DNA from: Octopus bimaculoides
Taxonomy: Eukaryota
Direction: 5' to 3'
Assembly: GCF_001194135.2 (NCBI RefSeq)
Contig: NC_068998.1
Coordinates: 33,144,978 to 33,199,540 of the forward strand
Length of the DNA: 54,563 nucleotides
Of this stretch, positions 13,974-25,612 are shown piece after piece (position 1 is the first letter of the stretch; every line of letters begins with the position of its first letter). Both the position numbers and the translations under genes were made by a program. The notes under the pieces were generated by a model. The model made no database searches and had not been told where the DNA came from. It saw only the letters and a program-made list of their open reading frames with translations.

Positions 13974-13980
<7 letters not shown>
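12933..13980. mobile_element. PLE-like element A with inverted terminal repeats and hammerhead halves, spanning a gap
   Basis: 85-bp inverted repeat 12933-13017 / 13825-13909 with 1 mismatch, containing GAAAC-gtgc-GTA-ctgcaat; 3' tail ggtgcctacgcataagtaccatattcaac resembles the tail of element B; flanked by (TA)n on both sides. Confidence 0.7.
13825..13874 (+). ncRNA. 3' half of a hammerhead motif (5' half presumably in the gap)
   Basis: ggagtagcat-GAAAC-gtgc-GTA-ctgcaat, homologous to element B hammerheads; the inverted copy at 12968-13060 has a degenerate core (gttagga for ctgagga). Confidence 0.55.
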
Positions 13981-14030
<50 letters not shown>

Positions 14031-14063
14031 TAATCAAAATAAGCAACAGGATATCAAGAGGTG

Positions 14064-14151
14064 ATGCAGTACCACCGTTTCAAGCTGCTCCATTTAATTG
14101 AACAATGCAATCCTTACATCAATTTAAATGCAGAGCTATCCTCAGCTGCAT
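14064..14151 (-). ncRNA. Type I hammerhead ribozyme with complete core
   Basis: Minus strand reads augcag-CUGAGGA-[about 56-nt imperfect hairpin]-GAAAC-ggug-GUA-cugcau: perfect 6-bp stem I, all conserved core nucleotides, GUA cleavage triplet, minimal stem III. Confidence 0.85.
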
Positions 14152-14664
14152 AAATAAATAATTTCTGATTCTTAGCTTATAATTAATATATAGATAGCAT
14201 GATTTATTGCCCCAGTATTCCATAAGTAGATACCCAAAATAGTCTTTATAGAAACCACCTAATAAGTAAATAATTAAGTACATGAATGAATATTAAGCTA
14301 ATTCTATGCAATCTTTCCTTTTTAATGTTGAAAATTGGTATATATACACATTTTATCTATTCTGGTTATAAATCTTGACACCTATGTGCTGTCAACTCAC
14401 TCCTGCCCTCCATTCTAAACAGACACTACCCTGTAGCGTTAGATTTGGTAGTTGATAAAAAAAAAAGACTAATAGATTAAAAATGAACCACAATCATTTA
14501 CAAGATATGACCCCAACAAACCTCATACACTTCTTAGAAGTGTAGTATATTCTTAGCTACATTAGTGACAACATGGACACTTTCCCTATTTTTGCTCTAT
14601 TAGAGCATTTGAGTAAAAATATATTAATGTGTCCAGCAGATTAAAAAATTGTATTTATTTATTT

Positions 14665-14752
14665 ATACAGCTGAGGATAGTCCTACATTTAAACTGATGT
14701 AATTATTGCATTGTTCAATTAAATGGAACTGCTTGAAACGGTCGTACTGGAT
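14665..14752 (+). ncRNA. Type I hammerhead ribozyme with complete core
   Basis: auacag-CUGAGGA(14671-14677)-long hairpin-GAAAC(14735-14739)-gguc-GUA(14744-14746)-cuggau; stem I has 5 of 6 pairs. Confidence 0.8.
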
Positions 14753-15373
14753 TACCCCTTGATATCCTGTTGCTTATTTTGATTTTATTCACCTTACTTT
14801 GAGTTGTACAGATAATACTGCCCTGATCTGGTGCTTCAACTTAAGTACCTAATTCAACTGAATCTCAATTATGTATATATATATAGTCATATATATATAT
14901 ATATATATATATAGATATGCAGGGCAGGGAATCATCAATTAGTAATAAAATTAATAATTAACAATTCTGCCGTTTTTTGTTCTATGTGTATCAAAAATAT
15001 CGCTATCAATCTGGAGTAATAATTTGTAGTTTTGAAATCAGTAGTTCCTTGACTGCTATTTCTGAATTCTCAGTATGTTGGAGAAGCAGGTTACTGTCAA
15101 TCCCTATANNNNNNNNNNNNNNNNNNNNNNNNNNNNNNNNNNNNNNNNNNNNNNNNNNNNNNNNNNNNNNNNNNNNNNNNNNNNNNNNNNNNNNNNNNNN
15201 NNNNNNNNNNNNNNNNNNNNNNNNNNNNNNNNNNNNNNNNNNNNNNNNNTATATAAATTTTAATTACCAGTTTTCTCTATAGAGGACACTTTCCAAAGGT
15301 GTTACATGGTGGGATTGAGGCTAAAACCAGGTGACTGGGAAGCAAACTTCTTAACCATACAACCATATATGTG

Positions 15374-15419
<46 letters not shown>

Positions 15420-15420
<1 letters not shown>

Positions 15421-17260
15421 GAGATGGAGAGTGAGGATTTTGTCTAAAATTTGCAATGGCATGAAATTCCTGAAGACCAGTTCACTATACAACAAATCAT
15501 TTGTGATCCTCCCATTTTACATGCAGTGTACATGGCCCAGTCAGTAGAGGTCTCATTTTGCAGTAGGATGAGGAGGCTTGGTATCTATGTGCAAACTAAA
15601 ACCTACAAACAGAGTGAGGGTGAGCACACAACCCTGTTTCACTCCATTGCAAATGTTGAATTGTACTGAAGAACAGCCATCAAACTATATGATGCCTTTC
15701 ATGTCTGCGTGGACTGACTGTACAATCCTAAGTAAGATACTCTTGGAGGGCATTAGATTATGGCAAGGGTTTTGAATAGGTGCAAGCATGACCAAATACT
15801 TTTCTTGCAACTGTCTCATTGTGAAGATGGCATCTGTGGTACTTCTCCCAGGAACAAAACCAAACTGCATCTCATCTAGTTTAATTCTATCCCTAATTAG
15901 TTGAGATACCACACTCTCTGTAATTTTTATGATCTGATCCAGCAGTTTGATACCTCTGTAGTTGTTTCTATCTAAGGCATCACCTTTACCCTTGTAGAAG
16001 CTGACTATAATACTGTTACACCAGTCTTTGAGGACGATGCCTTCCTGAATAACCTGATTAACTATGTGAGTGACTAGGCTGTATCCCACACTACCTGATA
16101 TTTTAATTACCTTGACAGTGATACCCAATGGTCCAGGGGATTTCCTAGTCTTCATTTTCTTAATTGCCTTATCTACTATACTGCTATCCACTCTGATGAC
16201 TGGTCCCTCAAATGGTTCAACATTTGAAAGACTCTTCTTCTCCCAATCATTCTCCACATTTACCAACCTTTCATAATGGCATCTTCACACATCTTTCTTC
16301 TCTGAATCACAAAATGCAAGCATACCATTATCCATTCACACACATTCCTCACCTACCACATCTCAACTCTCTCTGATACACTGCTTTGCAATCCTGAACA
16401 CCTCACACCTCTGATCCTCATGCTGCTTAACATTGACAAACTTCTTACCTTCTGCTATTCCTTTTTCTATGTGGACCTCCCTACTAGTTCCCTGATATAA
16501 TGCTCTGCCTCTCCTGTTTTTCTAGTCTTTCCAGGTCTGTCTCTTTGCTTTTATAGCACTGTTCACCTCTTTGTTCCACCACCAACTTACCCTTGACCTG
16601 GCTGGGACTTTTATCAACCACAGATTTCGTTGATGGCACCCTGTAAATTGACCTGCAGGAACTTTCAGTTGTCCTCTAACCTATATGTCCTCCTCCTNNN
16701 NNNNNNNNNNNNNNNNNNNNNNNNNNNNNNNNNNNNNNNNNNNNNNNNNNNNNNNNNNNNNNNNNNNNNNNNNNNNNNNNNNNNNNNNNNNNNNNNNNNN
16801 NNNNNNNNNCCCCTCCCCCTCCTCCTCCTCCAACAACAACAACAGCAACAGCAGCAGCAGCAGCAGCATGTTCATTAAAGTCACTGGCCACAATAACAAA
16901 GTCTGTCATTTGTCATTGAGGAAGTCTGTAAAAGGACCTTATAGAATTGGTCCTTCAGATCATCAGCCAATCCAGCCTTTGGAGTATAGGCAGAGGTAAT
17001 TGTTAATCTATTTATGATAAGTTTCAACTTAATAACCCTGTTGCACACTCTGACTACCTCAATTGCCTTGTCTATCCAGTTTTCCACTAAGTGTATGCCT
17101 ACACCATCTACTCCATCACTCCTGCCTACCCATGAGAATTTAAACCTCTGTTTCTTACCCACGAGGAATCTAGCAGAAGCTCCTTCCCATCTCACTTCTT
17201 GCACACTACACACATCAACATGATGCATATATATTTTTGAATGTATACATACACACACAC
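15420..17260 (-). mobile_element. RTE-clade LINE, disrupted (AP endonuclease and RT)
   Basis: ORF 16881-17366 VQEVRW...GVGI...SAYTP...DFNEH (AP endonuclease); ORF 15685-16266 KSPGPLG...YKGKGDALDRNNYRGIKLL...QFGFVPGRSTTDAIF (RT); interrupted by a microsatellite and a gap. Confidence 0.92.
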
Positions 17261-17625
17261 ACACACATATATATATGTGTGTGTGTGTATGTAGATAATA
17301 CAGAATGGGACAAGGACGCAAAACATCCAGACAGGTGATATACACACATATATATACTTTAGACATAAAGTTTCAGCTTTAGAAAGATGGATATATAATT
17401 CTTATTCTTAACTGATAGTTTCATAATTATCTTTGCACACTTTTGTATGGAGGCTTCCTTTCATCTAATGATATATTCTTATCATCATATCATATGGTAT
17501 GAACATTTTACTGCAAGGGCAATGACTGTATTTAGAAGTCTTCCTAAAGATATGCATAAACACATGCACACACAAACATGCACACTCACTACACACACAC
17601 ACACATGCACACGCACGCACATGCA

Positions 17626-17673
<48 letters not shown>

Positions 17674-19034
17674 TCTGCATTAGTACATAGTTAAACTGAT
17701 ACAGCTTATATGCATAGATATTTTCTTCAAGGTTTTCTCTTTGTATTTGGTTACAATCACCTTCTTACCTGTAATATAAAGTCAATCTTAAAGTCTTTAT
17801 GCAGCCCTAGGAAACTATTTCTATGAGCAGGAGAATGTTATATTTAAAATGACTTAGATTATTTCTGTGATATAACTTCTTCTTGCTAGGTATATTTTCT
17901 TGAGAGGGGATATTTCTTTGTAAAACTATTTCTCACTAACAAATACGACTACTGAAACTGGAGATATGAAAATCAACAGACTTAAGTGTTCCGTACATTC
18001 GATTGTAGATATAAATGTTTGGTTTCTTTATGCTCTATGCTGCTTGAAAATATATTTGGATAAGAAAGTGAGTTTATGTTTTTCAGTTTCCTTTTTAGTG
18101 AATAGCAGAATGAAACAATCACAAGATCCAGTTTTAAGATGAATTTAATGATAGTAAAAATAAAAATGGATATTGATAAACAGTGGAATTATTTCATTTC
18201 CAAAGAATCTTTCTCCCAACATACTTTGGATTGCTGATTTGGAGGAAATTATGTGTTGAGTATCACATATAAGTATAATGGTGTGTCATGAGAAAGTAAC
18301 TCATTGTATGACATAGTTAAGATTTTGGACAAAAGCTCTGCAACATGGCAGCTTAATAGTAGTCAAATGCAACATGAAAAGCTCTGCAACATTTAAGTAT
18401 TTTTGTAGCTGAATACTGGTCAAATGCAAAATCCCTTTTTTAAATCATGATTCTGAATGTGAAACTAAGATATTTATGCATTGCCAAATGACATTGATGA
18501 TCTGCACGAAAGGATATGAGCTGGTCTCAGCCAGTGATCAAAACCATACGTTACATTAGGAGCCAACATAAGCAGACTGTGTTTGTGTGACCTACAAGCT
18601 ATAGGAGGAAAATATGCCACAAATCATTCTCTACCACTTTTGAAAATGGATGCAATAATATAGTCCAGATATCATAATATCTGAAGAAAATAAGACAATT
18701 ATGGCTAGAATGCCTTTGATCAATTGGAGATTACATGGAGCAAACAGCTATAACAAACCAGATTTGATTCAGTAGAGACTCAGTTGTTGTTTAGTTCAAG
18801 ATCATACATGCTTAAACAAAGTTATGACCAAAGACATTGCACTGTTGACCATCCTTGCTGTTTTGTACATCAAGTTTACTGTGTCTAATATATCCATCTT
18901 ATTTTAAGACTGTAAGATGTAAAATGGTTGTTGATTTGATAGTTATTTCTAGCCTGGCAAGTAATTGTCAAGAGAGCCTTTGGCTTGCCTGACTCATTTG
19001 TTTTTACAATTTCATAGTTAACTGTTCATATATC

Positions 19035-19879
19035 TAACCCAAAAGAATCTGAAATTTTTCAATATTATTTTATTCACCTAGTTTTACATGTTTAAACTTT
19101 TATCGCCTTTAAAAGTATTCTTCGTCTGAAGCAATGCATCTGCAGTGCTGGAACTCTTGTGAAGTAATGCCTTTTAATGCCTCCATCATTTTATTTTCAC
19201 CTCTTCTACATCTGCTAATTCTGTAGCTCCAACTTTCGTCACCAGTGATGACCTTTGAATAAAAGTTCGGATCAACTTCCAGCTGTTCTTTCAGTTCATG
19301 ACAGGCATTCAGTTGTGACTATTTTTGATCTTCTGTGTGCAAGTGAGGCACAAATTTCGCTGCAACTTTTTTGATTTGCAATTCCTCACTCAAAATTCGT
19401 TGGCAGGAACTCCAGGACACACCAGTCAATCAACAATTTCATCAATTGTTTGGTGACAGTCTTCTAAGATCAGTTCATGAATTTTCATGATGTTTTCATA
19501 CATGCAGGAGGTTGGCAGTCGTCCTGAATGAGGGTGGCCTTCAAGCAACAAATGACCATTCTTAAAGCATGAAAACCACTTGTAAACTTATGGTTTGCTC
19601 ATCGCAGCATCTTTGTAAGCTGTTTGAAGCATGGCAGCTGTTTCAGCCTCCATTTTCCTCAACAGAAAATAGAATTTCAAGGAAGTATGCTCTTCCTTCG
19701 TTTCAGCCATCACAAAAATTGACAAACAAGGGAGAAACACTGCAAAACAAAGATGTACATGTGGCAGTATGACCTCAACTGAGGATGCTGGTTGGCAGAC
19801 TGATGCCTGGGGGTCGCATCAGGTGACTTCTAGTCGCAGAAGCCTGAGCTACAAGGGGTTACTTTTGGGTGGGTACCCC

Positions 19880-19883
<4 letters not shown>
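19035..19883 (-). mobile_element. Mariner transposon, internally deleted transposase pseudogene
   Basis: Minus translation VYKWFSCFKNG...GRLPTS...KKVAAKFVPHL...VITGDESWSY; right end acttttgggtgggtaccccctca followed by TA; partial left TIR acccaaaag. Confidence 0.88.
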
Positions 19884-19914
<31 letters not shown>

Positions 19915-19920
<6 letters not shown>

Positions 19921-20150
19921 ACTGGCACTCAGTCAGTTACAATGATGAAGGTTCCAGTTGCTCTGATCACTGGAGCAGCTAGCTTGTGAAATTAACTTGC
20001 AAGTGGCTGAGCACTCCATAGACACACATACCCTTAATGTAGTTCACTGGGAACTTCAACATGACATAGAATGTGATAAGGCCGGCCCATTTTGAAATGC
20101 AGATACTACTCATTTTGCTAGCTAAGAGGACTGGAGCTGAGTGCCCCAGT
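19915..20150 (-). mobile_element. SINE family 2, 3' part
   Basis: Contains ctcattttgctagctaagaggactggagc, reverse-complementary to the core at 185-220. Confidence 0.6.
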
Positions 20151-20154
20151 CCAC

Positions 20155-20198
<44 letters not shown>

Positions 20199-20344
20199 TA
20201 TATATGCATGTATGTATATATGTATGTGTGTATGTATGTATGTATATGTATGCGTATATATATATATATATATATATACATATATATGCATGTATGTATG
20301 TATATATGTATGTATGTATGTGTGTATGTATGTATGTATATGTA

Positions 20345-20384
<40 letters not shown>

Positions 20385-20399
20385 TGTATACATACATAT

Positions 20400-21240
20400 A
20401 GATATCACAATATCACAGTATCGGCCAGACCATCAGATGCTGTTATACACCACTAGTCACAATGTGCTTCCAGTTTTGTCTTGATTGCACTGTTCTTTTC
20501 GATGTTGACCAAAATTGCTTGACCAAATCATATTTCCATCATAGTGGAGGCTTTCAAGTGGCCTTTTCTGATCTCTTGGATATCACTCATCAACTGCACA
20601 GGTTCATTTGTTGTCTGTGAATATTGCAACATATTCAAGCCAGCAAATCTTGTGATTTCAATACACTGTGATCATGTTGTACATCCCATTCCATTCCATT
20701 CTCGAATCATCTCAATTTGTATGTGCTCTCTTAGTGATGTTCCTTGCATGGATTTTTCCATGGCCCTTTGATCCTCTTTATTGTAGCTCACATTTTACTT
20801 GCATATAAAAGCACAAGTAGGAAGATGCTATCAAAGAGTTTGGCATGTATGGCATTGTCTAGCTTTGCTTGGAGCTCATTCTTTATTGAGTTAAATGCCT
20901 TCCATCCAGCCCTTATTCTCTTTGAGATTTCAGCATCCATGTCTCAGTGCATATTCACTTTGTGCCCTAAGCAGATATACTCCTTTATCTACTTAATTTC
21001 ATTACGTCCCAACTCTATTCAACTTTGTGTTATGTCTTCCAACTGTATATATTTTGTTTTTCTGTCATTCATTTTAAGACCTACTACTAAGACATGTGAG
21101 TTCAACTCTGTCAGTATGGTCTGCTGCTGGTCTGTGGTTGATGTTTACACACCTGTCCAGTTGATTTCCTACCATAGCAGCATGTGACAAAATTCCCGAC
21201 ACCACTTGTTACATTGGTGACCCTCAACATGAGTAACATT
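20400..21240 (-). mobile_element. RTE-clade LINE 3' fragment (RT C-terminus and tail)
   Basis: Minus translation VGLKMNDRKTK...EYICLGH...EISKRIRAGWKAF...; ends in tandem actgtgatattgtgatatc. Confidence 0.8.
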
Positions 21241-22619
21241 TGGTAATGTTCAACTCAGAAATAGTCAGCAAAAGCTATTAGAATAAATTTGAGTCATTTA
21301 GTGCATGAACATCAGCTCATCACAACAAGAAAAGATCAAGAGGGAAAGAAGCTGACACACATGCATTTCTTACTTACTTCTGCAAGCTATGACAGTGAGG
21401 ACACTATTAGCTTAGGCACTTGTTTTGTCTTGCTTGAAATAGCAGTCAATTCTACATGTCAACACTAAGAAAACTCTCTTCTCTTGAATGTGTGTCTGGA
21501 AATGGCCACTATTTTCCTATCCTTTCATTTGCATGGTTTCAACTGATTTCTGTTTAAAAAGTGGCAATTCGTCATGTTATTATGGATATTTTCTTTTCAA
21601 ATACTTACATTACTTGCATCTCTTCCATTTCCTTTAAACTGGCAAATTTCCATATGATAAATATATACAATGGCACTTGCCTTGTTATTTTGTATGTTCA
21701 ATTCTCATGGCTGAGTACTTCAACAAATCATTCATTCAATGCATTCTTTTGCAATGATTTATGCTACATGTTTTCATATAAATGTTTGCAGTTTTTCTTC
21801 AGACATTTGATACACTTTTCTTGTCAATAGCATGCATATGTACATCTAATTACATGCATGCCACATTTTCACACAGAAGGAACACACATCATGCTTCTGT
21901 GCCTCACTTCCAGCCAGCTACTCTCGTCTATAAGGCCTTGCCACAGTCATCTTGAATATAGAAACAAGTTATAAATGACTCAAGTGCACCCAGCACCTCT
22001 CTAACTGTTTTCTTCAGCCTACACAACTAGACCACAAACACTGTATGATTCTCATAACTTTCATTTCTGAGAAAGACATTATATGATCTTTTTCTCTATT
22101 TGCATGTATTTCACACAATTTTGCCACATTTGGACTCTGAATATGGACAATGTTTTATTTGCTTTCATTTTGTTACATGCCTTTTGGCTTTTGTATTTCA
22201 ATATTTGCTTGTTTGCTGTATTGCCAGTTAGTTTCTGAAATTTAGAGTTTACTGAAGTCTATATGCACTATTCTCTTTTTATTTTGTTGTCTGAGGCGAG
22301 TCATATTGCCTTAATATATTTAACACACTCACCAGTTCAATTTCCACTCATTTTTTTTTGCTTTGTCTTTTATTGTCTTTTTTGTCTTTTTCTTGTCTTT
22401 GTTTTTGTCTGTTCTTTTACATTTCATGGAAAGGACTGGGAGGAAGCTACTTGTAGCAATGATTCAAAACCAAATTACTAGGCAGCTGATGAAACATCAT
22501 GAGAAAACCACAGTAGTTTCAATTGATTGGTCTCTTAAGCAGTCAGTTAGAATCAAGACATTGTGTGATTCAGTTTTCTAGAATTTTCTCTTCATACCCT
22601 ATATAAGAGCCACTTTTGG

Positions 22620-22990
22620 CTCCTAAACTCTTTGTAAAGTGTTGAGACTGGCTGACTCATTCACACATCTTACCTTTTGTCAGGCAGAGTGTTGGAAGGC
22701 AGCTGAGTGAAATGTACCTCCATACCTGCCAGGGTCATCTGCAAAGACCTCTCCATGTTCTTGAACAGACCAAACTAAATATTCGCACAATAGCTCATAA
22801 TCAACTGTTTTGAATGCAGCAGTTTTTCCATCTCTCCCAATATGTAATTATTGGTGTTATTTGTAAAAGACCAGCATAGTTGAAATTCCATGTGCAATAA
22901 TAAAATAAAATTACTTGTGAGTGTTGTTAGATACTTCAGCACACAGCCTGAGAAATATATTTTCATTCATTTACTCAACAGCTATCATAG
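22620..22990 (-). mobile_element. Possible L2/CR1 RT fragment
   Basis: Minus translation NNYILGEMEK / TAAFKTVDYELL resembles NDIL.AMD...SAAFDTVDH.ILL. Confidence 0.35.
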
Positions 22991-24800
22991 CAACATTTGA
23001 TGAAATGTCCAACACCACTTATTAAAATCTTATTGTTTGCTTTATTTCATAGAATACAATATATGACATAATTTATAATATTAGAAATATTCAAAACAAT
23101 CATTTGCTATATTTGAACTGCGTATCACTTAAAGTATTTCAGATAAACTGAACAAACCACTTTCTTGTTAAGATGTTCAAAATACCCATTTAGCTGTTGT
23201 GCTACCTTGAGATTTTAATGTCACAAGTGGCAGTACTTAAAAAGAGATATTTAAATATTACAATGGTATACTTGTGTTCCCAACTACCACTACACAAAGA
23301 AAAAGAATGCAAATCCTATTTACCCAGGTTGTGTTCTTTTTTAAATAATAAGAAATAAAAGAGATTGATTTATTTTCATAATAGATAAAGAAGTCAATAA
23401 ATAAATAAATAACTATGTATTGTTTTCCAATACCCTTATTCCCTTTAGTTCCTAAACAATGTTGATTAATTTTACTCTCCCGCTATGCATTCCTAACTAC
23501 TTTATGAGTATTATGGACACATTGTTTAAAATACTTCTATTTCAATTAAGATAAAATTTCTTTTGATTATTTATTTATTTTATTAAAAGCAATCAACAGA
23601 TAATCAATAAGTAGACAAGAAAATAAGGAACTGGTTTACATTTAGATCATATATCTCAGCAGAGAGACACAAGGGTGTTTGTTTTTTCCTTAATCAATAA
23701 CAATTGAAATCATTGTCATCATCACCACCACCACCACTATCACCACCATCATGATTTAACATCTGTTTTCCTGAAATTTATCAAATATTTTATCATTTAG
23801 AAGACAATTCTTTCATTGCTAAACCAAAATAAACCATTTACCTTTTACTTTTGTTTTTATTAATTTTCCAAAACACTGGATGTAAAATTCATCATGAATT
23901 TTTCTTCTTCAGATTTATTTCTGTATTATTTCTTTGTAAATGTTTGTGAAGTTGAACTAGAAAACTTTTAATTTTAATTCTCTAATATTAAGAAAACTCT
24001 ACAGTTAAATGAATGGATTTAATACATTGAATAAAATATGTTGCTGTGTAACTAGAAATTATTTTGGGTAGTTATTTGTGATTTATCATGCTACTCAAAG
24101 AAAAATGTTCAGACTTCTATAATTTTTCAATGACAACATAAATATTGATTTTTAGCTTTGACATAAGGGCCCAAGTGTGTAGAGAAGGAATAAATCAACT
24201 AAAGTGATTCCAGTGTATTGATGCTATTTATTTTGATGATCCTGAAATTATGAAAAGGAATGTTACCTGTAGCATGATTTTCTCTTAGAGATATAATTAA
24301 TTACTACAAAGCCTTTAGTTCACCATTCTCATTTCTGTTACTCCCTCTGGCTCTTTGTCATTCCTGCTTTCTACTGTTCTTTATTTCATTGATAATTATA
24401 ATAGTTTCTGAGTAAAGCTGGCTGGTCTCAAGTTATTTCTACTCAAATTCTCCCAATTTGCTTGCCTATCCTGCTCTCATTACCTATGTTGTGTCTGACC
24501 TCTGCATGCAGTTCTTTCTCCTCAACATATCAGCCCTCAGGAATTTCCTTCCGCATACAGGGGTAGATAATGTATCAGTTAAATGCTGGAGTTGATATCA
24601 TCAACAATATCTTCCTCACGATTTGTACCCTATGCTTAAATTACAAATCAATGGTATGGCATTAAAAATATTCTGCTTTCACCCCATTTCCTTTATAAGG
24701 TCTGGTTGTAGTTAAAAGATATCAAGGAAAATTGAAAAACAATTCTGTAAGAAACATTATTTACATTTGATGGATATTTGTCCTCATCTTGTTTGTTGTT

Positions 24801-24843
24801 AACACGTTTCAGCTGATATACCTTCCAGCCTTCATCAGGTGTC
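24801..24843 (-). ncRNA. Minimal type I hammerhead motif in the pseudo-LTR (probably inactive copy)
   Basis: gacac-CUGAUGA-a-ggcug[gaagguauau]cagcu-GAAAC-guguu; the stem I partner follows GAAAC directly, so the NUH triplet appears deleted. Confidence 0.65.
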
Positions 24844-24895
24844 TTGGAGAAATTTCGAACGTGGGTTCTCATTCGATGCTATTATTATTATTATT

Positions 24896-24972
24896 CAGGT
24901 CACTGTCAGGAATCGAACTCGGAATCTTGGGGTTAGTAGACCGTGCTCCTTAACCACCACACCAAATGCCCG
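24896..24972 (-). promoter_or_regulatory. tRNA-derived head with Pol III A and B boxes inside the left pseudo-LTR
   Basis: A box TGGTGTGGTGG (24954-24964), anticodon-loop-like CTACTAA, B box GAGTTCGATTCC (24909-24920), then (AAT)n. Confidence 0.7.
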
Positions 24973-24994
24973 TGGGCAATTAAGGAGTAAATTT

Positions 24995-25507
24995 TAGGGC
25001 TTATAAATCTAATATTTTCCTATCCTTCCTTAATACCTGTTCCCATATGCTATTCATATCTGCACTCGGTCTGCTTAGGAGGTTGTTGTGTCCTAGCANN
25101 NNNNNNNNCTATTCATATCTGCACTCGGTCTGCTTAGGAGGTTGTTGTGTCCTAGCATATATGCTGCTTCTTTTAGTTTTCGTATTTTCCAGTGGTGTTC
25201 TGTGTCTATTATTTTAACTTCATCTTACAGGGGGAGGTGGTCTCCATCTTCCCATACATGATCAGCTATACCTGATTTATCAATATCTCCTCGTGTCACA
25301 GCTTTGCGATGTTCCTCTACCCTTATTTTGAGGGGGCGGCATGTTTTGCCTTTGTATAACCTACCACAGCAGTATGGAATGGAGTACATGCAGTCTTTGG
25401 TCATATTCTCTTCTATAGGTGGTTTTACTTGAAGGAGATATTTGTGTAGTGTTGTATTGCTCTTGAATACAGTCCTGATGTCATATGGGCCACGTTCCCC
25501 ATCCCAT
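24995..25507 (-). pseudogene. GIY-YIG endonuclease of a Penelope-like element (C-terminal remnant)
   Basis: CMYSIPYCCGRLYKGKTCRPLKIRVEEHRKA...KSGIADHVW...L*DEVKIIDTEHHWKIRKLKEAAYM...LSRPS; one in-frame stop and a gap-flanking duplication. Confidence 0.88.
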
Positions 25508-25537
25508 GCCCTAAAATTCACTCCATAATTGCCCACA

Positions 25538-25612
25538 GGTATATGGTGTAGTGGTTAAAAGTGTGTTCTACTAACCCCAAGATTCTGAGTTCAATTCCAA
25601 GTAGTAACTTGA
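25538..25612 (+). promoter_or_regulatory. tRNA-derived head with Pol III A and B boxes inside the right pseudo-LTR
   Basis: A box TGGTGTAGTGG (25544-25554), CTACTAA loop, B box GAGTTCAATTCC (25587-25598); hammerhead remnant CTGATGA at 25674-25680 with its 3' half deleted. Confidence 0.7.

Larger units (their letters stand above)
14032..14870. mobile_element. PLE-like element B with inverted hammerhead-containing terminal repeats
   Basis: About 130-bp imperfect inverted repeat 14032-14161 / 14654-14785; tail ggtgcttcaacttaagtacctaattcaac; flanked by (TA)n/(CA)n; no recognisable ORF in the spacer. Confidence 0.75.

Noticed and set aside
22483-22520. CTGATGA...GAAA spacing
   Set aside because: No stem I or stem II pairing.
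25050-25157. 49-bp direct repeat on both sides of a 10-N gap
   Set aside because: Typical unmerged contig overlap; assembly artefact.
25538-25612. Functional tRNA gene
   Set aside because: Acceptor and anticodon stems pair poorly, and it is duplicated as part of a retroelement repeat; treated as a tRNA-derived head.
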